Part shown: piece by piece, positions 27,629 to 36,195 of the stretch
How the letters are laid out: every line of letters starts with the position of its first letter
Numbering within the stretch: the first letter of the stretch is position 1
Virus record (IMG/VR): IMGVR_UViG_3300011335_000134
Coordinates: 1-36,195 of that record
DNA from: a virus
Lineage: Duplodnaviria > Caudoviricetes
DNA: 36,195 nucleotides
Direction: 5' to 3' (one strand)
Notes under the pieces: model-generated
What the model saw: the letters and a program-made list of their open reading frames with translations, nothing else
Told to the model about the DNA's origin: nothing
Database searches by the model: none
Position numbers and translations under genes: made by a program

Positions 27629-28780
27629 TTAGAATCTGCGTTTAGGAGCAACAGGTCCTGTAACTGGATATGAAAACTGATCATAAGGGTTGAAGCCATT
27701 GCCTCCACCATAATATTGTAGAATCTCTTCTGCTGTTGGAGCACGAGCGGCTTCTTGTATGCCCCAACCTTGTGTGCCAGCACCAGGAATGTTTTGGTCT
27801 AATGCTGGATTGTAAGTTGAACCATACTGTGTAGGATGTGTGCCCCAGTAGAACTTGCTTTGTGCAGGGTCTGTTGTTTGATAGTAAGCACTAATTGGAA
27901 TATCACCAGCGTTCATTACATTGGTAGTGCGTAATCCTTGTGATGGTCTTGGAACTACTGGGCCAGTAACTGGGGGTGGGGTTGTGCCACCTGTATCACT
28001 ACCACCTGAGTCTGTGCCACCACCTGTATCATTAGGGCCACCAGCATCTCCACCACCTGTATCAGTTCCACCACCTGTATCAGTGCCTCCAGTATCTGCT
28101 CCTGTATCACCTGAGTCAGCATTGCCTGTGTCTGCACCGCCTGTGTCATCTCCAGAACCAGTATCACTGCTACCTGAGTCAGCACTACCAACATCACCAA
28201 CACCTACACCACCAGTATCACTACCAGTATCTGCTCCTGTATCACCTGAGTCAGCATTACCAGTATCAGCACCACCTGTGTCATCTCCAGAACCAGTATC
28301 ACTGCTACCTGAGTCAGCACTACCAACATCACCAACACCTACACCACCAGTATCACTACCTGTGTCAGCGCCTGTGTCTCCAGAATCTGCACCACCTGTG
28401 TCAGCGCCGCCAGTATCAGTTCCTGAGCCTGTATCACTACTACCTGAGTCTGCACCACCTGAGTCTGCACCACCTGAGTCTGCACCACCCCCGTCAGCAC
28501 CGCCATCTCCACCATCACCGCCATCACCACCATCACCTCCACCATCACCTCCACCATCACCGCCACCATCACCGCCACCATCGTCATACTCTGGTAAGCC
28601 TGTGTGAGGGTTGATAGCACCAGATCCGCCATGCTGTTTTAGCATACGGGCTTCATCTGGATTAATGTGGGCTAGAATGGTGTCGTCTCCACGGCCTCGT
28701 TCGCGTAGCATTTCTGCTATACGATCTAGATCTTCATCAGATAACTGACTAAAGTCTATATTGTTGTTTTTCTTTGTCAT
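27629..28780 (-). CDS. Putative virion protein with conserved N-terminal GRG.DT.LAHINP.EA..LK..GGSG.INP.TGL.E motif and long Gly/Asp/Thr/Ser repeat tract
   Basis: I recall the N-terminal motif from aquatic podovirus proteins near ejection genes; about 200 aa of DxG-type repeats follow. Confidence 0.75.
   Translation of the reverse strand: MTKKNNNIDFSQLSDEDLDRIAEMLRERGRGDDTILAHINPDEARMLKQHGGSGAINPHTGLPEYDDGGGDGGGDGGGDGGGDGGDGGDGGDGGADGGGADSGGADSGGADSGSSDTGSGTDTGGADTGGADSGDTGADTGSDTGGVGVGDVGSADSGSSDTGSGDDTGGADTGNADSGDTGADTGSDTGGVGVGDVGSADSGSSDTGSGDDTGGADTGNADSGDTGADTGGTDTGGGTDTGGGDAGGPNDTGGGTDSGGSDTGGTTPPPVTGPVVPRPSQGLRTTNVMNAGDIPISAYYQTTDPAQSKFYWGTHPTQYGSTYNPALDQNIPGAGTQGWGIQEAARAPTAEEILQYYGGGNGFNPYDQFSYPVTGPVAPKRRF
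28090..28380. repeat. 135-bp (45-aa) tandem duplication within a low-complexity DTG/DSG tract
   Basis: CTGTGTCATCTCCAGAACCAGTATCACTGCTACCTGAGTCAGCACTACCAAC occurs at 28141 and 28276. Confidence 0.9.
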
Positions 28781-28802
28781 GGGTGGTGTCCTATTATACG
28801 GT

Positions 28803-28809
28803 TATTTAG
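28803..28809 (-). promoter_or_regulatory. T4-late-like promoter box CTAAATA
   Basis: Intergenic, 22 nt before ATG 28780. Confidence 0.65.
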
Positions 28810-28822
28810 CGCCCGTTATCAT

Positions 28823-29452
28823 TTAATGGATGGGGCCAAAGTCTGGTTCAGTCTTGAACTTCTTAACATACGCATTCCAACTCATTGCAAAGTCATCTAG
28901 AGTAAACAGACTAATCAATTCTTTTTGTTGGATATAATTTTCTGGATGTGTTGCTATTGTTTTATTCATTAACGCAACATACTGATCAGCAATGGGCAAT
29001 CCAAATGCTTCTAATACTCTAACACCATTCTTTAGGGTGTTTTGACTACCAGCAACATCATCTACTAGCAATACTGGTTTGCCATTAGGGCGACCTTCAC
29101 AGAAGTTTAGTAGTCCATATACCTTACGGTTCTTCTTGATTGAGATCATTGTTGTGCCCAACACAGTGGCCATAGCAAGGCCCAACACTACACCTGCGTC
29201 TTCGCAAGCACAGATCTGCACATCCTTATTGGGCAGTTTCTCTACTAACAATTCAGCCGCTGTGAATACAAACTTGGGATCAAACATACAACGGCGCAAG
29301 TAAACTTGCCATGTGTAATATGTGTTGGGTGCTTTACCAGGGATTGGACGATGTCCTGGGGCTACTCTATAAACAGCCGTATGCTCTATCATATCATGTA
29401 GATAAGCCATTTTGGTTTCTCTTGAGGCCAGGGGCATTTGTGTATTAATCAT
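28823..29452 (-). CDS. Type I phosphoribosyltransferase (PyrE/Apt-like fold)
   Basis: ICACEDAGVVLG, IKKNRKVYG flexible loop and VLLVDDVAGSQNTL PRPP-binding loop; ATG 29452 with AAAGGA RBS. Confidence 0.85.
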   Translation of the reverse strand: MINTQMPLASRETKMAYLHDMIEHTAVYRVAPGHRPIPGKAPNTYYTWQVYLRRCMFDPKFVFTAAELLVEKLPNKDVQICACEDAGVVLGLAMATVLGTTMISIKKNRKVYGLLNFCEGRPNGKPVLLVDDVAGSQNTLKNGVRVLEAFGLPIADQYVALMNKTIATHPENYIQQKELISLFTLDDFAMSWNAYVKKFKTEPDFGPIH

Positions 29453-29462
29453 TTCATTTCCT

Positions 29463-30437
29463 TTATTGTTTGACAACCTGAACGCTCATGCTACGGTTGA
29501 AAAACTTGCTTTGAGGAAAGACCACATCACCAGAAATGATGTCAATCTCTACTTCAAGTATATACCAATAGTAGCCCAGGCCTGGTGTATCAATAATACT
29601 TGTGAATATGGTTTCTAAAGGTGGCGCTGTCTTATAATAACTGGTGCTGTCTGGAGCAGGTGGTATAGTTCCTGAGCCTGCTGGCACTTTTAAGAAGTAG
29701 TTCTTAACTGCCACAGTTGAACTGTCACCAAACACAAAGTCAGGATTGATAGGATCATTGTTGTTAAAGGCTGTGCGTCTTGTTATTGTTACTGAGTATT
29801 CAAACTCACTTGCTGTGGTGCAGGTATAACTCAACAAGTTGTTTAACTGTCCACTAATGAACACTCTATCTGTGGCACCATTTACTGTTACTTTGGCTTG
29901 ACAGTCTGTTGACACTAACGCACCTCTGTAGAACGCATCATAGAATATAGTTCCGCCACCTGCCGCTGGGTATGTCAGACCATCTCCATTAAATCGTGCT
30001 ATAACATATTCAGTTGTGCATTCAACTACACCAGTTGGACTATTACGACCATTGTAGTTGCCATTCACGCCAGCAATAATAATAGGATTACCAATGGCAA
30101 ATGGTGGTGTGGCTTGTGTTTCAGCAAATGTATACTTGGCTGTTCTACTATCAATGTATTGACTTAGGGCCAGGGCAATAGGCGCAACATAAGTTTTGGT
30201 TGCTGAACTATCATTTGTAAAGGGTGTCCTAAAGTTGCCTGTTAGATACGCTGGTGTGTTGGCAGGAATCTGAGCAGGCAAGTCATACTTGGCCAGAGTG
30301 GCTTCATCATAATACTCAATGGTGGGATTGGTAAAGCCAGCAAAGTTTTGCCCTAGGCCACTGGGACCTGAAAGCAAGTTATTGACAGCATCAATGATGC
30401 CATCCTGGTCTTTTGATTCAACTGGATACTTGGCCAT
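29463..30437 (-). CDS. Tail-associated structural protein (324 aa)
   Basis: Coupled to the nozzle gene; contains the PFAIG..I.I.GV...YNG beta-domain also seen in the tail fibre and nozzle. Confidence 0.7.
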   Translation of the reverse strand: MAKYPVESKDQDGIIDAVNNLLSGPSGLGQNFAGFTNPTIEYYDEATLAKYDLPAQIPANTPAYLTGNFRTPFTNDSSATKTYVAPIALALSQYIDSRTAKYTFAETQATPPFAIGNPIIIAGVNGNYNGRNSPTGVVECTTEYVIARFNGDGLTYPAAGGGTIFYDAFYRGALVSTDCQAKVTVNGATDRVFISGQLNNLLSYTCTTASEFEYSVTITRRTAFNNNDPINPDFVFGDSSTVAVKNYFLKVPAGSGTIPPAPDSTSYYKTAPPLETIFTSIIDTPGLGYYWYILEVEIDIISGDVVFPQSKFFNRSMSVQVVKQ

Positions 30438-33400
30438 TATCTGTCATCCTCTGTTTGTGTATACTGCCATGTGGTGCTGTTACAGATCCAAATGTTTTCA
30501 GTGCTACTATTACTAATCTCTAGACTGTTGACACGATGTGCGTTCTGTGTAATCTGAACCCAAGGATAATCAGTATTGGTAGCCATGGTAATTGCTGTTG
30601 TTTCTAATGGTGCTTGCCCTACTGAGTTAGCACCTTCTACTTTGATGCTGACACTACCAACCAAGTAATCTTCTTGCACTGGGTTAACTGGCAAGCCAGA
30701 GTATGCCAAGTTGTTGACTTCTGGTAGGATACGATGAACCAACAACTTACCTGAGTAGTTGTCCAGGATCTTGATGTTGTCTCGTCTGAAGTTACTTTGA
30801 ACAGGATACTCTCTTGTTTGTGGGCCTAAGAAGTTATAACCTTCATCCTTGGTCACCAAGTTTCTATCTGTTATACCACGAGCATACACCACTGTTCTGC
30901 GTCCATCATTGTAGGTCCATTCATTGGCTCCTATGCCTGCTACAGTTAAAGTTAAGATTCTACCATTAAAGTTAGTTGCAGTGACAGTTACAACTGCGTC
31001 ATTGGCAGGAGTGTTGCCACCCAATGCTGTGCCTAATATCTTAATGGTATCTCCCACTGCATAACCTGATCCACGCACATTGGGTGTAACGCCACCTGTA
31101 TAGCCACTAGCATAGCGTAGTATGTTAAAGTGAGCACCAGTGCCAGTGCCTGTTAAGGTTGTGCCTGGCACATTGAAATACCATTGCTGGCTTGTCCATA
31201 CAGGACTTTCAGTAGCAAAGGTTGCGGCTTGAACTTCACGAGGTGCGTTAAAGCAGTCTAGGTCATGTCTGTAAGCCAACATCATGTTTGGCACGCCATC
31301 ACTTTCAAAGTCAAAGTCTACACCTAATACACTACCTGCTGTGGTTGTTACACCTGCGCCAGTTGGTGTCTCACTTAGTTGAAAGTATGTTACTCCATCT
31401 AGTGTGTAGTTGTCAACAACATAGTAAGTTGTTGGGCCACCAGTATAACCTGAGATACTGCCTGTGCCTGACTCAGTGCCACTTAGGATTACACTTAGTC
31501 CATTATGCATTGGACCAGTATCATAACCATACTCTAAGGCACAACTGAATGTGCCTGCTGTATCTACAATGGCTATGCCACTGATTACAGGAACCTTTGT
31601 GGGATAGTAAATCTCAATCTGATTTTTCTGTGTGTTGGACTGCATGAACACACGCTCAGTGTAAGCAGGATCTAGTTGATCATAGAACCAGTTCTTAACA
31701 CGCTGGTTGCCAAGGCTCTTAAAGTCTTGTCCATCAAATACCCAGATATCTCTAGCATCTAAACCATACACCATCTTGTCTGTGTTGGCCCAGCAGTTGC
31801 TTGTAAGCATACCACGACCTTGGTTGTGTAGTCTAACACCCAGAATAGGAGCTGAAGTGGTTGAATAGTTTAGCGGACTGAACACTACAGTATCCCAGTA
31901 TGAACTTAGGAAGAACTGTCCATTACAAGGGAAACCATCAATCACTGTGCCACGCAAGGGAACTTCAAGTTGGTTGGCCACATTAAGAACAGTTGGCTCC
32001 CATGTGTCAGGTGCTTCACTAAGACCAAACGCCTGACTCCATTGAACTGTTACTGGATACTCAACAATGCTGCCATCTAGTTCTGTTACTGTGAGACCAC
32101 CTGCTACCAAGATACAGCCCACATTGGGAGTATTGTATAAGCGCATGAACTGAGCGTGATAACCTATCCAGTTGGGATTATAGTTCCAGGCATACAAGGG
32201 AGCAACTGAGCCACCGCCTGGATAGGCTGCACCAGGCACGCTTGAGTATGTTATGGTATCTACAGTAGAACTTACAACTGTAAATGTTCCGTTGTAGTAA
32301 TTGGAGACACCTGAGATAACAATCTTATCACCAGTGGCATAAGGTGCTACTGCGTATGGTGTCTTCAGAGTAATCATTTGTGTGGTGGCATCTACATATT
32401 CAATGTCACTGATGTCACCAGGAACTGTATTGCTATACATGATCATGATGGGATGTGGATCACTGACACTACCAGGTGTTGTTTGTGGTCCTGCTGTAGT
32501 GCCAGCATAACTTACACTTGATTGCGTAACGCCTGTCACTATCTTAGTGCCACGGAAGCCAGTGGGCACAATGTTCTCAACTAGAATCTCTTGTCCAATA
32601 GCAAATGGGCTATACACAAATGTCTTTCCATCTAGTGTGCCTGCATCAGTTGTTATAGGAGCGCCAGCAAGTGTAGCACTCAGCGTAAATTGGTTATTGG
32701 CATTGGTGCTGACAATGAAGTATGTGCCGTTAGCAACTAAAGGAGGTTGAACACGCACACCAACAGCAGTGGTAACCAGGCCACCAGATGTTTCAATAGC
32801 ATCGCCAATGGCATCAACTAGAGTAAAGTATGTGGCACCATTTGTCTCACCAATGTAATAGGTTGTAGGATCAGAGTAGCCAGTTATTGAGGGGGCCAGG
32901 ATAGTATATGTTAAACCAGTTGGTGTTCCACCTGTTGTGTCAATGGCATTACCTTCAGCATCCACAAGTTTAAATGTTGTTAGACCGTTTGTGCTTTTAA
33001 TAACATAAGTTGTTGGATTGGTATAACCCACAATGGCAGGCTTTAGAACTTTGACTGTGGCACCTACACCCAAACCACCTGTTGTCACAATAGGCTCTAA
33101 TGTGTCTTTGTTTACCAGAGTGAATTCAGTTGATCCATTAGTGGCACTTATTAGATAACTTGTGGGACTAGTATAGCCTTGAATGTTTGGTGCCAGTAGC
33201 GTAAAGGTTAGACCAGCCAAGGTGCCACCTGTTGTCACTATAGGACTCCCATCCATATTGGTCAAGGTGAATGTTGTTGTGCCGTTAGTGGTCTTGATCA
33301 GATAGTCTTTGGGATTACTATAACCCACAATGGCAGGTGCGCTGACATTATAACTTAGACCAGTTGGAGTGCCTGGCACACTGGCTATGGCTGCTCCTGC

Positions 33401-35461
33401 TGTTGTGGTCAGCGTGAATGTTGTTGAGCCATTGGTAGCACTGATCAAGTATGTTGTTGGATTGGTGTAACCTACTACACCTGGAGGAGTAATAGCAAAG
33501 CCCAAGTCAGTTGGTGTGCCAATGTTGGTTACAAGTGCTGTGCCTTCTGCTGTGGTCAGAGTAAAGGTAGTTGTTCCATTGGTTGCGCTTATGGTATAAA
33601 CTGTGGGATTGCTATAACCAAAGATTGTTGTTTCATTTACATTTAAGGTTAAGCCTGCTGTAGTGCCAGCTGAGGTCACAATGGCATTACCACTTGTGTC
33701 TGTCAGCGTAAAGGTTGTTGAACCATTTGTGGCTGAAATACTGTAGGTAGTTGGGTTTGTATAACCTGTAATAGTTCCTGTGCCAGTGCGAGCGCCTGAG
33801 ATGGTAATGGTCTGTCCAACCTTTAAAGTTGATGTTGAAGCCGTGCAACTGAACTGTCCACCAGCACCAGTTATGGCAACACCACTAAGTGTAAAGCCTG
33901 TGTCCGCACCTGTGACTGCAATGCTCTGACCAATTGCTAGAGTTGTTGCTGTGCAACTAAACTGTCCTGCTGTGCCAGTTGCCGCAACACCAGCCAGTGT
34001 AGAACCTGTTGAAGTATTGGTTCCACTTATGACTACACTTTGGCCTTTAACAAGTGTAGCGGCTGTGCAACTGAACTGTCCAGTTGTGCCTGTGATCTTT
34101 ACTGCGCTGAGACTCTGTGGAGTCAGAGTGGTATCACCAGATACTCTAATGGTCTGTCCTGTCAACAGCGTTGTTGAGCCACATGAGAACTGTCCAGCAA
34201 TGCCTGTGGCTGCCACAGTGGTAAGTGCTACTGCTGGTGTTGAAGCGGCACCTGTTATCTCTACTGTTTGTCCAGTTTGGTATGTGCTTGCCGCACTTGA
34301 GAACTTGCCTGTGTTATCTAATATCCTAACTGAACTCAGAGTGGTATCAGTATTTGATATGGCACCTGATATGGTTAAACTTTGTCCTGCTCTAATGGTT
34401 GAAGTTGAACAACTAAAGTCCCCAGTGGCACTTTGGATCTGAACACCACTTAAGACTGTTGTGGCAGTTGGGAAGGTGCCGCTGATGATAACACTCTGAC
34501 CTTGTGTTAAAGGATACTGGCGCTGTCCTGTTATGGCTGTTCCAACAGCAATGGTCTGAGTCTTGCTCACTGTCCATACGCTGGCACCAGTTGAACTACC
34601 AGAAACATAAGCACTGATGTATGTGTCAGCAAGTATCTTTGTTCCTGTTGAGTCTGTGCCACTTAATAACATACCATTGTAGATAACGCCAGGACTTGTG
34701 ACTGAGGTAACTGTTAAGGTTGTGCCTGAGATGCTACCAACAAAGTCTGCTGGCAACATCATATTTGTAAATCTAAACTCACCTGTGTTGTTGGCTATGC
34801 TTACTTCATTTGCTCTGCTGGCATGCGTATTGGTGTTGGTTCCCCCTATGGTAATCTTCTGACCTGTCTTTAAGGTCTCACCTGATGTGTATACAAATGT
34901 GCCTGTGCCACCTGTATCAGTTCTAATGATGCTGACACCAGACACTTCATCTGCTTGTGGGGCAAAGGTCAGTGTGCTTGTGCCTGCGGCTGAACTTGCT
35001 GTTAGTGTTTCAAAACTCTGACCAGTGAACTCAGGCCAGAACATTGGAGGGTTGGATTCATCATTGTAGAAAGGAACAGTTCCATTCCAGGCTTCTGTAA
35101 TGTTAGTGCCTTGAGTATAGGTGGCAAATGGACCTTCTGCTGGCGTAATGTCTTGCCAGTCTCCATCACCATTTGATGCTAACCATTCACCTTCTGTGGT
35201 GGCCACAACAAAGTAGAAATCATTTTGTCTACCTGCTTGAGGCTTACGATATCCTGCACTCACAAAGGTTGGTGTGCCAGGAACAATGGGCAGTATAATC
35301 TCATCACCTGCTACTGAGCGTATGCCACGGATGTCTGTCTCCACATTGAGGCCACTGTTGTATTCATTTGGTCCTAATGCGCTGGATGGCACATCAGGAC
35401 TGAAGGTCATCTTTTGAAAAGGTATCTTGGCCTCTTCATATGCTTTTTTGGTTTGTGCCAT
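30437..35461 (-). CDS. Tail nozzle / DNA-stabilisation (beta-propeller) protein with large inserted beta-domain arrays, 1674 aa
   Basis: Propeller-like core segments (N-terminal SPD...NV, VQWS, DIWVFDG...LG..RVK.WF, EI.YP) interrupted by Thr/Gly-rich repeats; first gene of the tail/ejection block. Confidence 0.72.
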   Translation of the reverse strand: MAQTKKAYEEAKIPFQKMTFSPDVPSSALGPNEYNSGLNVETDIRGIRSVAGDEIILPIVPGTPTFVSAGYRKPQAGRQNDFYFVVATTEGEWLASNGDGDWQDITPAEGPFATYTQGTNITEAWNGTVPFYNDESNPPMFWPEFTGQSFETLTASSAAGTSTLTFAPQADEVSGVSIIRTDTGGTGTFVYTSGETLKTGQKITIGGTNTNTHASRANEVSIANNTGEFRFTNMMLPADFVGSISGTTLTVTSVTSPGVIYNGMLLSGTDSTGTKILADTYISAYVSGSSTGASVWTVSKTQTIAVGTAITGQRQYPLTQGQSVIISGTFPTATTVLSGVQIQSATGDFSCSTSTIRAGQSLTISGAISNTDTTLSSVRILDNTGKFSSAASTYQTGQTVEITGAASTPAVALTTVAATGIAGQFSCGSTTLLTGQTIRVSGDTTLTPQSLSAVKITGTTGQFSCTAATLVKGQSVVISGTNTSTGSTLAGVAATGTAGQFSCTATTLAIGQSIAVTGADTGFTLSGVAITGAGGQFSCTASTSTLKVGQTITISGARTGTGTITGYTNPTTYSISATNGSTTFTLTDTSGNAIVTSAGTTAGLTLNVNETTIFGYSNPTVYTISATNGTTTFTLTTAEGTALVTNIGTPTDLGFAITPPGVVGYTNPTTYLISATNGSTTFTLTTTAGAAIASVPGTPTGLSYNVSAPAIVGYSNPKDYLIKTTNGTTTFTLTNMDGSPIVTTGGTLAGLTFTLLAPNIQGYTSPTSYLISATNGSTEFTLVNKDTLEPIVTTGGLGVGATVKVLKPAIVGYTNPTTYVIKSTNGLTTFKLVDAEGNAIDTTGGTPTGLTYTILAPSITGYSDPTTYYIGETNGATYFTLVDAIGDAIETSGGLVTTAVGVRVQPPLVANGTYFIVSTNANNQFTLSATLAGAPITTDAGTLDGKTFVYSPFAIGQEILVENIVPTGFRGTKIVTGVTQSSVSYAGTTAGPQTTPGSVSDPHPIMIMYSNTVPGDISDIEYVDATTQMITLKTPYAVAPYATGDKIVISGVSNYYNGTFTVVSSTVDTITYSSVPGAAYPGGGSVAPLYAWNYNPNWIGYHAQFMRLYNTPNVGCILVAGGLTVTELDGSIVEYPVTVQWSQAFGLSEAPDTWEPTVLNVANQLEVPLRGTVIDGFPCNGQFFLSSYWDTVVFSPLNYSTTSAPILGVRLHNQGRGMLTSNCWANTDKMVYGLDARDIWVFDGQDFKSLGNQRVKNWFYDQLDPAYTERVFMQSNTQKNQIEIYYPTKVPVISGIAIVDTAGTFSCALEYGYDTGPMHNGLSVILSGTESGTGSISGYTGGPTTYYVVDNYTLDGVTYFQLSETPTGAGVTTTAGSVLGVDFDFESDGVPNMMLAYRHDLDCFNAPREVQAATFATESPVWTSQQWYFNVPGTTLTGTGTGAHFNILRYASGYTGGVTPNVRGSGYAVGDTIKILGTALGGNTPANDAVVTVTATNFNGRILTLTVAGIGANEWTYNDGRRTVVYARGITDRNLVTKDEGYNFLGPQTREYPVQSNFRRDNIKILDNYSGKLLVHRILPEVNNLAYSGLPVNPVQEDYLVGSVSIKVEGANSVGQAPLETTAITMATNTDYPWVQITQNAHRVNSLEISNSSTENIWICNSTTWQYTQTEDDR
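32609..34945 (-). repeat. Two abutting intragenic repeat arrays: 8 x A (about 38 aa) then 8 x B (about 49 aa)
   Basis: A = L..V.I.G..GQFSC..TL..GQ.I.ISG (34945-33773); B = I.GY.NPT.Y.I..TNG.T.FTL....G..I.T..GT..GL (33772-32609). Confidence 0.9.
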
Positions 35462-35487
35462 TGGCTATGGTCCTTTAGTTATTGAAC

Positions 35488-35494
35488 TATTTAG
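35488..35494 (-). promoter_or_regulatory. T4-late-like promoter box CTAAATA heading the tail operon
   Basis: Intergenic, 26 nt before ATG 35461 and just downstream of a hairpin. Confidence 0.65.
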
Positions 35495-35504
35495 TGCCAA
35501 AGGT

Positions 35505-35537
35505 AAAGCCCATGATGCTTCACAGCATGAGGGCTTT
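35505..35537 (-). terminator. Imperfect stem-loop after the methyltransferase gene
   Basis: AAAGCCC...ATGCT-TCAC-AGCAT...GGGCTTT; T-rich continuation on minus. Confidence 0.5.
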
Positions 35538-35651
35538 GGTTTCATCTTAGGCTGTTATTCTGCATGCCTACTGTTACTTATGGTGCCGCTAGACGCAGTT
35601 GAATCCTTTTCAAGCCTAATACTATTGTAGATCTAATACTATAGTAAAGTT

Positions 35652-36195
35652 TCACTCAAACAACTCCTTGGCTGGGTCTCTAGTGGCCGCATACCAAGCC
35701 TCTATACGCTTACTGGCTATAGTCACATAAGCAGGGTCTAACTCGCAACCAATGTAAGGGTGCCCTAACTCTACAGCCGCACAGCCAGTTGATCCTGAAC
35801 CGTTGAATGGATCAAGGACCGTGCCACCTGGTGGTGTGACAAGTTTGATTAGATACTTCATCAGTTCAATGGGCTTGACTGTGGGGTGATTATTAGTGCC
35901 TTCTGGTTGATTTTTTTCAATCTCACTAAAGTTTTTTCCTTCTTTTCGTTCCCCTTCTTTACCACTCATATATACATCAATTCTACTTGTGCCAGCAAAT
36001 AATGGTCCTGGATCAATCATTCCAATATGTCGCTCTTTGCGGCTGACTTTGGGGCAGTAGAAATACTTTTGGTAGTCTGGGATTTCACCTAAGACATTGC
36101 TTGGGAAGCGGCCAGCATCGTTAGCAACTGGCACTTGTTCTGGTTTTAGAACAGTTGTCATTGAATCACTCATTTCAGTTGTGTCAGCATATACT
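35652..36195 (-). CDS. DNA methyltransferase, C-terminal part (SAM-binding motifs)
   Basis: NNHPTVKPIELM.YL..L (motif X), VLDPFNGSGSTG (motif I FxGxG) and IGCELD; in frame with 1..881. Confidence 0.95.
   Translation of the reverse strand, partial: VYADTTEMSDSMTTVLKPEQVPVANDAGRFPSNVLGEIPDYQKYFYCPKVSRKERHIGMIDPGPLFAGTSRIDVYMSGKEGERKEGKNFSEIEKNQPEGTNNHPTVKPIELMKYLIKLVTPPGGTVLDPFNGSGSTGCAAVELGHPYIGCELDPAYVTIASKRIEAWYAATRDPAKELFE
35974..36195. repeat. Terminal direct repeat, copy 2
   Basis: 218 of 222 positions identical to 1-222. Confidence 0.97.

Noticed and set aside
28090-28590. Possible CRISPR array
   Set aside because: Repeats are in-frame coding units without unique spacers; no cas genes
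27921-28607. 228-aa Pro/Ser-rich plus-strand ORF
   Set aside because: Mirror of the Gly/Asp repeat tract on the minus strand
35616-35642. CTAATACTAT direct repeat (x2) after the methyltransferase stop
   Set aside because: Short, AT-rich and only two copies; insufficient to call iterons

Overview
The window is an essentially complete circular genome (about 35,973 bp plus a 222-bp end overlap) of a small tailed dsDNA phage with podovirus-type morphogenesis genes: small and large terminase, portal, scaffold, major capsid, adaptor, nozzle, tail fibre and ejection proteins, one with a lytic transglycosylase domain. All credible genes but one (a GNAT-like ORF) are on the minus strand. Accessory genes are an orphan beta-class DNA methyltransferase spanning the contig junction, Dps, a type I phosphoribosyltransferase, an Asp/Asn-beta-hydroxylase-like oxygenase and an HTH protein. 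Two observations stand out. (1) I recognise no DNA polymerase, helicase, primase, initiator, integrase, sigma factor or endolysin. Yet many gene boundaries in the structural region carry a T4-late-promoter-like (C)TAAATA box, three of them as an identical TAAATAACACTATG leaderless start. This suggests a capsid-autonomous phage that depends on the late-transcription and replication machinery of a large T4-like helper. (2) The 1674-aa nozzle protein contains eight N-terminal domain halves followed by eight C-terminal halves, all inside a further split domain, which reads as a 'matryoshka' of recursively nested beta-domains. All assignments are by eye from motifs and gene order; no searches were run.
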